This document shows positions 13,031-25,700 of a DNA stretch of 64,000 nt, in pieces. The DNA is taken from the NCBI GenBank assembly GCA_951406725.2, contig OX597819.1:84878001-84942000 (forward strand). Reading direction: 5' to 3'. The translations under genes were made by a program, and so were the position numbers. Each line of letters opens with the position of its first letter. Position 1 is the stretch's first letter. This DNA comes from Octopus vulgaris. Its lineage: Eukaryota. Below the pieces are notes generated by a model. The model was not told the origin of the DNA. It saw only the letters and a list, made by a program, of their open reading frames with translations, and searched no databases.

Positions 13031-13274
13031 ATGAAGAGAAGGAAGTACTCATGTAGGATCTCCATGATTGGTGAGAGGAAGTTCTTAACTACAAACCTGA
13101 CTTCAATGCTTACAACAGATCTGGCTGAAACTACTAAAGTCATTTAAGGGCCAGGTAGTGGTTTTAACCTTTTAACATTTAGATTACACTGTTAAATGTG
13201 AATGCTTATTTATTCACATTGTTTTGAATTAATCATGCATTATCTTGTAACTTTGAGATTTCGGTGATTTCTTT

Positions 13275-13662
13275 CTTTTATTTGTTTTAGTCATTTGACT
13301 GTGGCCATGCTGGAGCACTGCCTTTAGTCGAGCAAATCGATTCCAGGACTTATTCTTTGTAAGCCTAGTACTTATTCTATCGGTCTCTCTTGCCAAACCA
13401 CTAAGTGATGGGGATGTAAACACACCACCATCGGTTGTCAAGCAATGTTGGGGGAGACAAACACAGACACACAAACATATACATACATATATATATATAT
13501 GACGGGCTTCTTTCAGTTTCCGTCTACCAAACCCACTCACAAGGCTTTAGTTGGCCCGAGGCTATAGTAGAAGACACTTGCTCAAGGTGCCATGCAGTGG
13601 GACTGAACCCGGAACCATGTGGCTGGTAAGCAAGCTACTTACCACACAGTCACTCCTGCACC
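13275..13662 (-). mobile_element. SINE family A nested in a TTAA-type MITE (~13164-13785)
   Basis: MITE sequence resumes after the SINE and ends aatgctaaagggtta. Confidence 0.85.
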
Positions 13663-14469
13663 TTGTTTCTTTTTACAACGACATTGTAGTCAAAGTGTGA
13701 GAGACCAGATCTGGTTGGCTTTAACATAAAACAGGTTGGATATTTGTTTGAGCTGGATATGGTAAGTTTAAATGCTAAAGGGTTACACAAGGTAACTGAT
13801 GGGTTTCCATGCAGTTGTGCGAGTTAATTGAAGGTGCAGTAATGTGGCATGAGACTCAGAATGATATAATTGTGATGCAAGTTTCTTAACCACAAAGTCA
13901 TACCTGTGTCCACATCAATGTTTTTTTGTCAAGAGAAGTAAATACTTTCTTTTGTTATGAACACTGTTGTGTGACCAAAGGATAGATCTTTGGATTTACT
14001 TAGGTTACATTTTTGGCATCATTATTGTTTTATATCTGATACTTCCATGGGATGGATAAGTCTTCTCCAGCACAGCTTCATGGGGTTCAATATCCTTAGA
14101 CCAGCCCTTACCATTTCTTCTTTCTCAACAGATTCATTTCATCTGATACTGCTTTATCCACTTGTCCCTTTCCAGTGACATCACATCTGTATCAGTACCC
14201 TCTCTTTTGCATTGCAGCCAATTTAACCTTTTACCAAATTTCTTATTCATTTGCACTAACCATGCACTCTATCTAACTCTCAATACAACTTATCTCTTTG
14301 TAACTTAGTGTACATCCCATCACATCTTCACTACCCTCTCTCTCTCTCTTTCTAACTGGGATAGCATTTCCTCTATTGCAAGGCACCTGTGTCTATCCCT
14401 CAAATCATACTGTAACTTCTCATTACATGGCACAAAGCCACTTCCCTCAATATTATTCACCCACTAAAC

Positions 14470-14962
14470 TCTGCTTGCTTGCCAAGACCTGTCGAGGCAA
14501 GTGAAATCGAAATCAAGTTCAATGACTGGCATCCGTGCTAGTGGAGCGCTAAGAGTACCACATGAGCATGATCACTGCCAGAGCAACAAACTAGCCTCCA
14601 TTCCGGTGGCACGTAAAAAGCACCATTCGAGCGTGATCATTACCTGCGTTGCCTTACTGGCATGTAAAAAAACACTCGAGTGAGGTCATTGCCAGTGCCG
14701 CTGGACTGGCTCCTGTGCAGGTGGCACATAAAAAGCCCCATTTGAGCATGGTTGTTTCCAGTACTGCCTGACTGGCTCTCGTGCCGGTGGCATGTAAAAG
14801 CACCCACTACACTCTCGTAGTGGTTGGCGTTAGGAAGGGCATCCAGGTGTAGAATCTCTGCCAGATCAGATTGGAGCCTGGTGCAGCCATCTGGTTCGCC
14901 AGACCTGTCAAATCGTCCAACCCATTCTAGCATGGAAAACAGACGTTAAACGATGATGATGA
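14470..14962 (+). mobile_element. RTE 3'UTR fragment
   Basis: ggtggcacgtaaaaagcacc units, ggaagggcatccag, gacgttaaacgatgatgat tail. Confidence 0.85.
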
Positions 14963-16760
14963 CAGTTCAGGGCTTTTGTGTTGTAAGTTACTTGGTGACT
15001 TTACTGCTGCTGGTGCCATGCAAAAAAGCACCCAATACTCTCCGTAAAGTGGTTGGCATTAGGAAGGGCATCCAGCCATAGAAACCATACCAAAGCCAAC
15101 AGTAGAGCCTGGTGCAGTCTTCTGACTTGCCAACTACTATCAAACTGTCCAACCCATACCAGCTTGGAAGGTGGACATTAAATGATGCTGGTGAAAACTA
15201 ACATTACACAGTTAGTGGTTAGTGGAGCATGCATATTTTTCAAATGTCTGATCCTACCATCAAGCCTTCAAAACAATAGCCACCACTAAAATGATTATTT
15301 TTCTTTCATCACAGTCTGAAAGACATTTGCATAAAAAAAAAAAAAACCCCTGCTCACTTCACTGACTATCACAATTAAAGGTGGCTGGCTGTTCTGAAAA
15401 ATGATTGGGTGGGGCAAGACATTTGAAAAACAGATTTAAAAAGATTCATTTTTTTTAAAGGCCACCTCCCATTGCTTTGAAATATGGGATACTAAAAATA
15501 ATCTGGACCTACCGCTCACAAAAAAAAAAAAAAAAACCCCAGAAATTTCTAATAATGTGGAACAGCTATTCTGTTCCAAAATTATAAATCCCAAGTTTCA
15601 AATATCCACACCTGCCCAACTTCATTCAACTTTCAGGAAGCTTTTAAACTCATCTGCATTTCATTTTAACATGTTCAAGAAATCCCATAATCTTTCAACA
15701 ATTCAACAAGAGATTTTTTTAAACTCAGAAAACTGAATTAAAAATGTTAGAAAAAAACAAAGAACAATAAGTAACAATTGAAACAAGATTTTATTAACAA
15801 AACAAGTTAGTACTCTTTCATTGGTTTCAGTTGCTTGACTGTGGCCATATTGGGCTTCAAGAAGTCTTAGTTGAAATGTTCTAAAAATTCAACTGATATC
15901 CAGGATATTCTACAAACCCTAATATGTAACAGGTAAGAGTTCTAGAAAGTCTCATATCTTACAGGAAATGAAAGGGGTGGGTTTTGGTCTTTTATTTTTT
16001 CAATACACTTGTATTTCAAAAACGGAAATTATGATACTCAAAAAATTTCAAGTTTTTACATTAATGCTCCCCCACTGGCATACTCTGTTCTTTTTCATGA
16101 GATATAGGACTTCAGGAGAGAGGGATTTTAAAACTCTACCCTGTCTTCCAGATTTTAGACATCTTCTTCTAATACAAAACAATTCCACTGACTTTTTATG
16201 CTTTTTTTAAACTTTTTTCAGTCATTAGACTGTGGCTATGGTGAGGCACTGCCTCGAAGAGTTTTTAGTGGAATGAATACTTATTCTATTGGTCTCTTTT
16301 GCTGAATTGTTAAGTTGCATGGACATCAACAAACCAACACTGGTTGTGACAGACAAACACAGACACACACACAAAAAAAAAACTGAGTTACTATCTACCA
16401 AATCCACTCACAAGGCTTTGGTAAGCCCGAGGTTGTAGTAAAAGACACTTGCCCAAGGTTCCATGCAGTGGGACTGAATCCAGGACCATGTGGTTGGGTA
16501 GCAAACTTTTTACCACACAGCCATGACGAGGATGTCATATAGACCTTAGTACTTGAGTGGTACTTTGTCTTAATCCCAGAAGAATTAAAGGAAAAGTTGA
16601 TTTTGGCAGTGTAAAGGGCCTAAGCAAACTCTGTAGGAATTTGGTCCGCCATCATTTGAATCAAACTACCCTCACTTATTCTGGTACCCTTTTTATCCAT
16701 TGCAGTTTATTGCTGGCTAAGTTCACCTTATTTATGCTCCTTTAACAGAAACAAATACAA

Positions 16761-16922
16761 GGCGCAGGAGTGGCTGTGCGGTAAGTAGCTTGCTAACCAA
16801 CCACATGGTTCCGGGTTCAGTCCCACTGTGTGGCATCTTGGGCAAGTGTCTTCTGCTATAGCTCCGGGCCGTCCAATGCCTTGTGAGTGGATTTGGTAGA
16901 CGGAAACTGAAAAGAAGCCTGT

Positions 16923-16963
<41 letters not shown>

Positions 16964-17152
16964 TTGTACCCCTAGCATTGCTTGACAACCGATGCTGGTG
17001 TGTTTACGCCCCCGTCACTTAGCGGTTCGGCAAAAGAGACCGATAGAATAAGTACTGGGCTTACAAAGAATAAGTCCCGGGGTCGATTCGCTCGACTAAA
17101 GGCGGTGCTCCAGCATGGCCGCAGTCAAATGACTGAAACAAGTAAAAGAGTG
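16761..17152 (+). mobile_element. SINE family A, young copy
   Basis: ggcgcaggagtggctgtgcggtaag... with CpGs retained. Confidence 0.9.
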
Positions 17153-17384
17153 AGGCTCTCATGCTAATAATAAAGAAATGTAGCTAAACATGTTGGGTTT
17201 TCCTGGTTTCTGCCTACCATATTCCATTAATGAACATTGGTCAACATGAGGTTATGGTAGAAAGCAGTTGTACAAAGTGCTGCACAGCGGAACCTAGAAT
17301 CACACCGTTGAGTACAGTTCACTAAAGATTTTATGTAGTAAAATACAATTTAGCACAATATTTATCTGTGGGATTGGATTGGAA

Positions 17385-17752
17385 GCACTCCGTCAGTTAC
17401 AACGATGAGGGTTCCGGTTGATCCGAATCAACGGAACAGCCTGCTCGTGAAATTAACGTGTAAGTGGCTGAGCACTCCACAGACACGTGTACCCTTAACG
17501 TAGTTCTCGGGGATATTCAGCGTGACACAGAGAGTGACAAGGCTGGCCCCTTGAAATACAGGTACAACAGAAACAGGAAGAGTGAGAGAAAGTTGTGGTG
17601 AAAGAGTACAGCAGGGATCACTACCATCCCCTGCCGGAGCCTCGTGGAGCTTTAGGTGTTTTCGCTCAATAAACACTCACAACGCCCGGTCTGGGAATCG
17701 AAACCGTGATCCTCCGACCGCGAGTCCGCTGCCCTAACCACTGGGCCATTGC
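17385..17752 (-). mobile_element. tRNA(Arg)-like SINE, probably octopus OR-type
   Basis: Head gcaatggcccagtggttagggcagcggactcgcggtc..ggtttcgattccc with A/B boxes and a TCG anticodon-like loop. Confidence 0.8.
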
Positions 17753-18582
17753 CCAGTGGAGGCGCAACGGCCCAGTGGGATTTATATGTAAATCCCTCTG
17801 AAATAGCAAAGGAGCAATAAGTAGGAAATATTTTCAGAACTGGGGTGATGTAAGTTAATTCTAAAATTGCATTTCAAGACTGCAACCTTAAGGTTTGGAT
17901 GTAAGTCTTCAAGGAATCAATACGCAGAAGCTTGATCTGCCAGTAATAGTAGGAAATTGGTAATTTACCCTCCACTTTATCCTACAAATGTGAATGGCAT
18001 TGGAAAACTGCAAGCTATGCAGTAAAATCAAAGTGGGTCTCATTTTTCTCAAATTATACCATGCTGATAATATAAAAAAAAATATTTCCAAAAGTTTTCA
18101 CCTTTGTCAAGGGGTTTGAATTTCAAATGTCCTTCACTAAATCTCAAAATCCTGTTTGAATTAGGTTAATTATGAGATTTATGCAGCATTGTTCCAACAT
18201 TATCTTTCAAAATTAATGCGGGGGAGGGGGTGAAAGCATGTATCAAAATAACACAGGGGCCGCTGTGAGGTTAACACTATATTCTCATTTAAACCGGCCA
18301 TATCCGGCCAAAATAGCTAATCTGTTTTATGTTCAAACTGACCAGATCCAGGCTCTCACACCTACCCTACAATGTTATTCTACATTAAGTAATTGCACCA
18401 TCAAGATCTTGAAGATATGAGATAATGCATGATTAATTCAAATCAATGGGAATCAATAAACATTATGTTTGATAGAATAATCAGAACACTAAAGGGTTAA
18501 AGCACAAATATTCAGATTATTTAGGGTTCTCAGCCATTAGTAGCTTTCTTAAAAACGTAAAGACCACAGTCGGAATACCTTT

Positions 18583-18975
18583 AGGTGGAATTATTCTTTA
18601 AGCACCCCACATAACCTTGTTTTTTGGAATTTTCAGAAAATTTTAATGCATTTGTGTTCAACACAGGAATTCATACGATTACGAAAAAGATTTTTAATTT
18701 TCGAATGTTTTTATTATAATCAGTTTAAAATATGGACAGTTCGAATATTTTGATTAAGTCCAAGCGAACGAGGGTATCAGATGGTCGTGAGATATGCTAA
18801 CAATAACAGCTACATAGCCCTTAAATCACACAGAAAATCTTTTTGTTTTTGGTTTTTAGATAACCATAGGATTTCCCGCGTGTAGAACACTAAGTCGCAA
18901 AAGTTTTCTAAAAATTCCTAAAAATAAAAGTTTTGAGGGGTTATATAGCGTGTTTAAAGCAGAATTCGATCTACC
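18583..18975. mobile_element. Old MITE-like element with ~60-nt imperfect terminal inverted repeats
   Basis: ggaattattctttaagcac..ggaattttcagaaaatttt versus aaagttttctaaaaattcc..gtgtttaaagcagaattc. Confidence 0.5.
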
Positions 18976-20189
18976 ATTTTAGTAAGGTGAGCGATCATGT
19001 AGAAGCTTACCGTAGAAGTATTAAAGGCGACAACAAAGAAACGAGGTTGATTAGGGCACCGCCCTGAAAGGGTTTAGTCGAACAAATCAACTTTAGTACT
19101 TATTTTCTTTAAAGGCTGATACCCATTTTATCGGTCTTTTCCGAACTGCTACATAACGGGGACGTAAACAAACCAAGCGGCGAAAAGATGGAAGGGTGTT
19201 ACACATAGTTTCCTCTTACCAAATTAATTCGCAAAGCATTAGTTAGCGGGGGTATAGTAGAAGACACTTGCCTAAAATGTTACGCAGTGGGACTGAACTT
19301 GAAACCAAGTGGTTGCAAGACGAGCTTCTTAAACAGTTACATCTGCGCCATAGTGTACTGAGCCTAAGTGCTTGGTGGTTTTATTTCACAAGCTAGTTTC
19401 GATGTAAGTCGATAATGTCGTTGGGAGGAGCATGAATATTATTGCCATTTCATTGCCACTATTTCTTCGTGAAGAAATAATAGGCTTTATTACCTTCATA
19501 AATTTACAATTGTTATATCTATACACACACACCCACCCATATATATAGACGATGGTTTTTCTTTCAGTTACTATATACCAAATCTACTCGCAAGGCCCTG
19601 GTCGGCTCGGGGCTAAAGTAGAAAGACACTTGCCGCGCAGTGGGACTGAATCCGAAATCATGTGGTTTGTAAAAGTTTCAGATTAAGAAAAATAGCTGCT
19701 GTAGATCCTGAATATCTGATCTACAATACATTAAAACTAGAACTCCGTCCACCGTTTAAAAAAAAAAAGAAATAATTAAAAGAATTCGAGAAGGGAGATA
19801 TTTAAAAATTCATACCGCTTATTATTGTTAGTTATATTAGTGACAACTTCATTAGAAAGAAGTGAGAACTGGTTAGTACTAAAATAAAGGCAAGTAAAAA
19901 GATATCAAATATATAAGTGCACATGTTAAACGATAATAAAAGACTCACAGACAAAATTCAAACAGTCAAACCCTAATAACAGTATAAACTGCAGTCACAT
20001 GTGTGTACGAAACTAAAATGTAAAGCTACCCGTATATAGAGCTAGTTTTGTACGTTATATTATTGATATATCAAAGATAAACTATGCAATCTATAAACAT
20101 TTGATTTTTATTTTCTTATACAGGATTTTATAGCGTTAAAATAATTTGGTGAAATTAGTATTAAAAGTTGTATATTTTCTAAATAGCAA

Positions 20190-20261
20190 CCTTCTCTTCG
20201 CCTTTAGAACATTGAAAATGGCGCCGTATTTATTATAGGATGTCTTTTCTCTATGTTTAGG
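20190..20261 (+). promoter_or_regulatory. Probable CPSF1 TSS / first (5'UTR) exon in a putative bidirectional promoter
   Basis: Pyrimidine-rich cttctcttcg, YY1-type AAAATGGCG at 20215-20223, donor-like AG|gtaata at 20262; region appears richer in CpG and poorer in SINEs than flanks (visual estimate). Confidence 0.45.
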
Positions 20262-22187
20262 TAATAATGTTCTGTTCCTCATTGTTGTTCTTTAGTCACA
20301 TTATAATAAGCTATCTTAGACTATCTCTGATGCCAAATTCAGCAATTTGCATTATCTTATATAGCATAACTTTATAAGGATATTGCTTAATTTAATTTTG
20401 TTTGAGGGGATTTTTCATAAAAGATTCAGTTCTAACTTAATACAGACTATATTATGAAACCTCTATAAGACTTTATTTTCCGACTTTATTGTAAGACTTT
20501 TTTTTCGCTCCGAATATCGACTATTCTTTCTCGTATTCAGGTATTGTCTTTCATTTATCATCTACTGACAGCTACATGTAATAAGTCTTCTTTACTTCCA
20601 CAATTTAAAACAAAACTAAGAACCCTTTTTTAACTTCTTAAAAATAAATTCAGTAATTTTTGTTTTTATATAATCCTGGATGCTATGGATATAATCGTTA
20701 TATAATGCACCCCAATACTTTAAGCTTGTATTTACTAATAAAGCACTTAATAAAAAATGAAAAACAATACCGGCATCACTTTTCTGGATTAGTATTAAAC
20801 TTAAATTTTGTAGAATATACACGAGATTTTTACTTTTTAGTTACAATTATTTTAAAATTCAGAACTAATAATTATTATGAATGCTAATTTTACACTAGTG
20901 TAATTTAAACGAAACAAAATTCTTATTTGAAAAACATCTCCGTATGTTTCATAGATTCGGTATTTTATGTTCTCGAACAATAAAAGAAAAAAAAAATAGC
21001 AAAGCGTGACATGTATTCTTCCTTTCAACATAGCAGAAAAAGAATTAAAGGAATAAAATTGACTTCTGATAAAGATGTTGGTGGGCACTTATGCCGTAGC
21101 AAATAGGCTTTATTAAGAAAGTTGGTTAAAAATTATTTTCATCATTTCTGAAAGTAATTATAAGTACATGATGTCCAAAATAAAATGTAACGAATATGAA
21201 TGACCGGTGTGACTTACATCAACATTGTTTTGTATTTCAAAGTGATTCTTTGCAAGGAATCCAATAATGTCTAAAACTTAATAAAATATATGCTTGAAAA
21301 TACTGGATAAAATGGAAACCTAAATCGGCATCAAAGACTTGCTAATATATTTTTTAATGTTAAATTATCACTTCCGTAACTGATGATTGATTCGTTGGAA
21401 TAACCATAAGTGCTTGACAAACTTAAACTACATCTTTTCATCTCTTATCTATATTCCCTCTTGTTACTTCATGCTTGTATGGGAAATAATTGTTATTTAG
21501 GCATAAAACCAGTAGCAGTTTTGAGAGATGGGGGTTTGTTGATATGAACGACTTCAATACTTGTGGCTGGTACTTTATTTATAATTGAGAACATGATAAA
21601 CTGTCACTAAAAAGTAGTTATTTTTCTTGATGCATTAAAGATTCTACTAATCCAGTTTCTTCTTTCTCTTCATTACCATATAGGATTATCAGTATGAGAT
21701 AATCCATAACCCATACTTGACAAATTATTGCTCTATACTTTGCACTTAGGCAGTGGTTGGTTGAACCATTTGAACATTGGGAAAAATGCTTTGCAATATT
21801 CCAGAAATCCTGCTGAAGTTACTTGCCTTTTGCCCTGTCAGGGGCGATAAAGTATTAGTCAAATACTAGGGGTAGTTACACTCATGCGAAATAACGATTC
21901 ATTTAGTCTAATAACAGGTTTCTGAATAAGTATATTTTGGGGTAAAATGAAAAGAATAGAAGCTTAACAGAAATTAAATTCTCGTTTGTCTATTTGCAAT
22001 TAGTCCATGAAGTCCATATCAGTTTAATTCATATGTTTAAGTGGATGTCTCTGAAAATCAGTGGAGGCAAAATAGATGTGTAATTCTGTGTGTGCAGGGC
22101 TCAAAAGGATTTGAACTTAAACTCTGAAGTTCAAATCCTTTAGAGTACGACTGTGTAAGCTTTTCTAACTTTCACCTATTGCCTGTG

Positions 22188-22352
22188 TACACACACACGT
22201 ATTTAAATGTATGTATATATATGTATATAAATATATGTATATTTATGTGTATATAAATATGCACATATATATGTATATAAATGTATGTGTGTGTGTATGT
22301 ATATATGTATGTATATAAATATGTGTGTGTGTGTCTATATATATATATATGT
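22188..22352. repeat. Compound (TA)/(TG) microsatellite
   Basis: Direct reading; similar tracts at 29392, 31342, 31681, 58530, 61223 (GA)n. Confidence 0.9.
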
Positions 22353-22630
22353 TGAACATACAAAATATTTTTGTATTTAAAACTAGAGGCACATAATACT
22401 CATTCCTATGCATATATGTCACTTATACAAAGGCATGCATTTTAAATATGGCTTTCCTATGAGAAATGTTTATATTTTAGAGATTACTTATCAATAATGT
22501 TGTGTGACTGAGGATATCTTTTGATTTTTTAGGGAAAGTTGTTGTTGGTTTGTTTCAAAAAAATATAAACATATATGATTTACATGTTTGTCTTTGCAGC
22601 TATTTGTGAAGCTATTTGGAGACAGTAACA

Positions 22631-22771
22631 ATGTATGGTGTGTATCGCCCTACACACGCCCCTACGGGGATCGAACATTGTATATACTGTAATTTTTTCA
22701 ATAATATTGAAAAATCACTCATCATAGCAGGAGTCAATCAACTGCACGTGTTTCGCCTTACTCCAGAAGAG
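22631..22771 (+). CDS. CPSF1: CPSF1 coding exon 1 (exon begins 22600, ATG 22631)
   Basis: tttgcag acceptor at 22599; [16 protein letters not shown]...RLTPEE; donor gtttgt. Confidence 0.95.
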
Positions 22772-25700
22772 GTTTGTAAATTTTCATATCATATGTTCAT
22801 CTCTTTCAAGATATTTGTTTCCAGGAAAAAAAATTTAACCCATTTGATGCCAACCCACCTCAGACCAGTTGTGGTTCTATAATATAAACTTTATGTTTTT
22901 AAAGTAATGTAAATTTAAAGCATCCATTAAAATTTCATAGTAATCTATGTCCCAAACACCTGCTTAATAATCTTTTTTTACTATAGGCACAAGGCCTGAA
23001 AATTGAGGGGATGAGGACTAGTTGATTACATCAACCCCAGTGTTTCACTGGTACTTAATTTATCAACCCTGAAAGGATGAATGGCAAACCCAGTGTTCTT
23101 AACCTATTGAGGCTTTTGTTGGTTGGGACTTATGTTCAGTTTGAATTTTGGCTTGATTAGAGTCCCTGATGGGTTAGTTATAACAGAAAGGTTTAAAAAA
23201 AATGTTATTACAGGATTTAAGATGTGAGATATCATAGGAGTGGCTAAAGGAGGGGAGTCAAGTGAAATTTTCTTCTATTACATCAGTATTTACAGACTCA
23301 TTGTATTCAGTCATATCAACGGTGATGAGACTATATCATTTTTTATTTTCAGGCAGCACTTTTTGGAGATAAACTTCCTGAACGAATTGGTGGTAAGTGA
23401 CTCGTATTTCAGAATATGATTGAAAACACATTTTCTAAATATGTTTTGTTTATACTTAAAAACATTTAAAACAAATTATATGAAACAGATCTGCACAAGC
23501 AAAGATTTGAATTTCTAGTAAATTTTGAAAATAATCAATAAAAGTAATATTATTTAGTTTTTGTTGTATTTTGGGACAGTCATTGTGCCAATAATATTAA
23601 GCATAACACTGGTTCTATTTCACTTCTTTATTATTTGCTAATTTGTTAACTATTTAACCAATTAACTAATTGATTGTTTGATTAATCCTTTGGTTAATCA
23701 ATCAGTTATGTTTGTCAAAATCCTTTCATTGTCATTTGTAACCTTCTCAGTGGTATGCCCTCTCTAATCCTGCTCTGTTTCAGGTTTCATAATAATCCTC
23801 TTGAGATACAACAAAACCTGTTTCAATACATGGATTCACATGAAGAACCTTGCAAACCAAATATAAAAACAAATTATTTAGTTTTGTAGCACGTAAAAAC
23901 ACCATCCGTTCATGGCCGTTTGCCAGCTCTGTCTGGCACCTGTGCAAGTGGCACGTAAAAAGCACCCACTACACTCACAGAGTGGTTGTCGTTAGGAAGG
24001 GCATCCAGCCGTAGAAACACTGCCAAATCTGACTGGGCCTGATGAAGCCTTCCGGCTTCACAGACCCCAGTTAAACTGTCCAATCCATGCTAGCATGGAA
24101 AACGGACGCTAAATGATGATGATGAATAATTATTTTGTTGTTTTTTTTCTACTACTGTAGTTGATTTTGAGATTTGGAATGCTATTCTTACTAACACACA
24201 TTCACTGCAGTGATGACACTGTTTGTAGCTGTAACTAAGCAGTTTGTAAACATTCATATGCAGTTATACATGTGAGAATGTATAACTGCATTCTCACACT
24301 TATACAAACACACATGTGGGGATGCTCAAAGTAGCTTGTGAAGTAATCATCATCATCATCATCGTTTAACGTCCGCTTTCCATGCTAGCATGGGTTGGAC
24401 GATTTTGACCGAGGGCTGGCGAACCAGATGGCTGCACCAGGCTCCAATCTTGATCTGGCAGAGTTTCTACAGCTGGATGCCCTTCCTAGTGCCAACCACT
24501 TCGAGAGTGTAGTGGGTGCATTTTACGTGCCACTAGCATGGGGCCAGTCAGGCGCTACTGGCAATGACCTCGCTCGAATCTTTTTACATGTGCCAGTGAA
24601 GCAATGTTGGTAACGATCATGCTCGAATGGTGCCCTTTTACGTGCCACGGGTACGGAAGCCAGTTGGCTGCTCTGGCAACGATCACGCTCGGATGGTGCT
24701 CTTGGCACCCTACAAGCACAAGTGCCAGTAAAGCGACGCTGTTAACGATCATACTCGAATGGTGTCCTTTTATGTGTCACTGGCACGGAAGCCGGTTAGC
24801 CGCTCTGTCAACATAATTACTACTTCACATTATCAATGGTGTAAAATGACAATTCCAATTTATAAATTTAGCTCTTTGTTGTTTTTAAATTTCATTTATG
24901 TTTTAGTTATATATGAAGTAACAATTTAATCTTTGATTTTTTTTCTCTCTTTTTATGTTTTGCAGAGATTCGCAAGAAATTAAAATTAGAATGTATGTTG
25001 TCATTTAGTCTTTTTGGCAATGTGATGTCTATGAAATCAGTCAAATTGGTTGGTGCTCAACGAGATGCTTTACTTTTGAGTTTCATGGATGCTAAGGTAT
25101 AGTAGATTTTTGAATTTGTATTGCTTCTTTTTGTTTATACTTGAAAATATATAACTTTTTAGCATTTAAACTTGCCTTATCCAGCCAAGATGATCTACTT
25201 GTTTTATGTTCAAACTGGCCAGATTCAGCCTCTCATACCAACCCTGAAATATCATTCTAAAAATATACAATCATATCACTGAGATCTCAAAGCTACACTA
25301 TAACATCTAATTAATTCAAAACAGTGTGACTAAATAGACATTACATTTGACAGAATAAGCTGAATGCTAAATGGTTAAAGTGATTTACAAATTTTCATGA
25401 AACAATGTGGCTGATGCTGGTGTCATGTAACCAGCAGCCGTGCCGGTGGCATGTAAAAAGCACTTTTCGAGTGCTGGGTCTCACAGAGGCAATGACAAAT
25501 GACTGAGACCTTTGGCAATATGCTGTGCTTGAGAAGAAGACCCATCAAGCCAAGTGAAATCATGGTCATGACAGATACTGGTGTCATGCATCCATTACAC
25601 TCTTGGAGTAGTTGGCATTAGGAAGGGCATCCAGCCATAGAAACCATGCCAAATCAGACTGGAGTCTGGTGCAGCCCCCTCGGCTTAACTGGTCAAACTG

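Noticed and set aside
24036-24062. ctgatgaagccttccggcttca (also ~27874) resembling a hammerhead core with stem II
   Set aside because: No GAAA after the stem; it is a variant of the RTE tail sequence cctggtgcagccttctggcttc.
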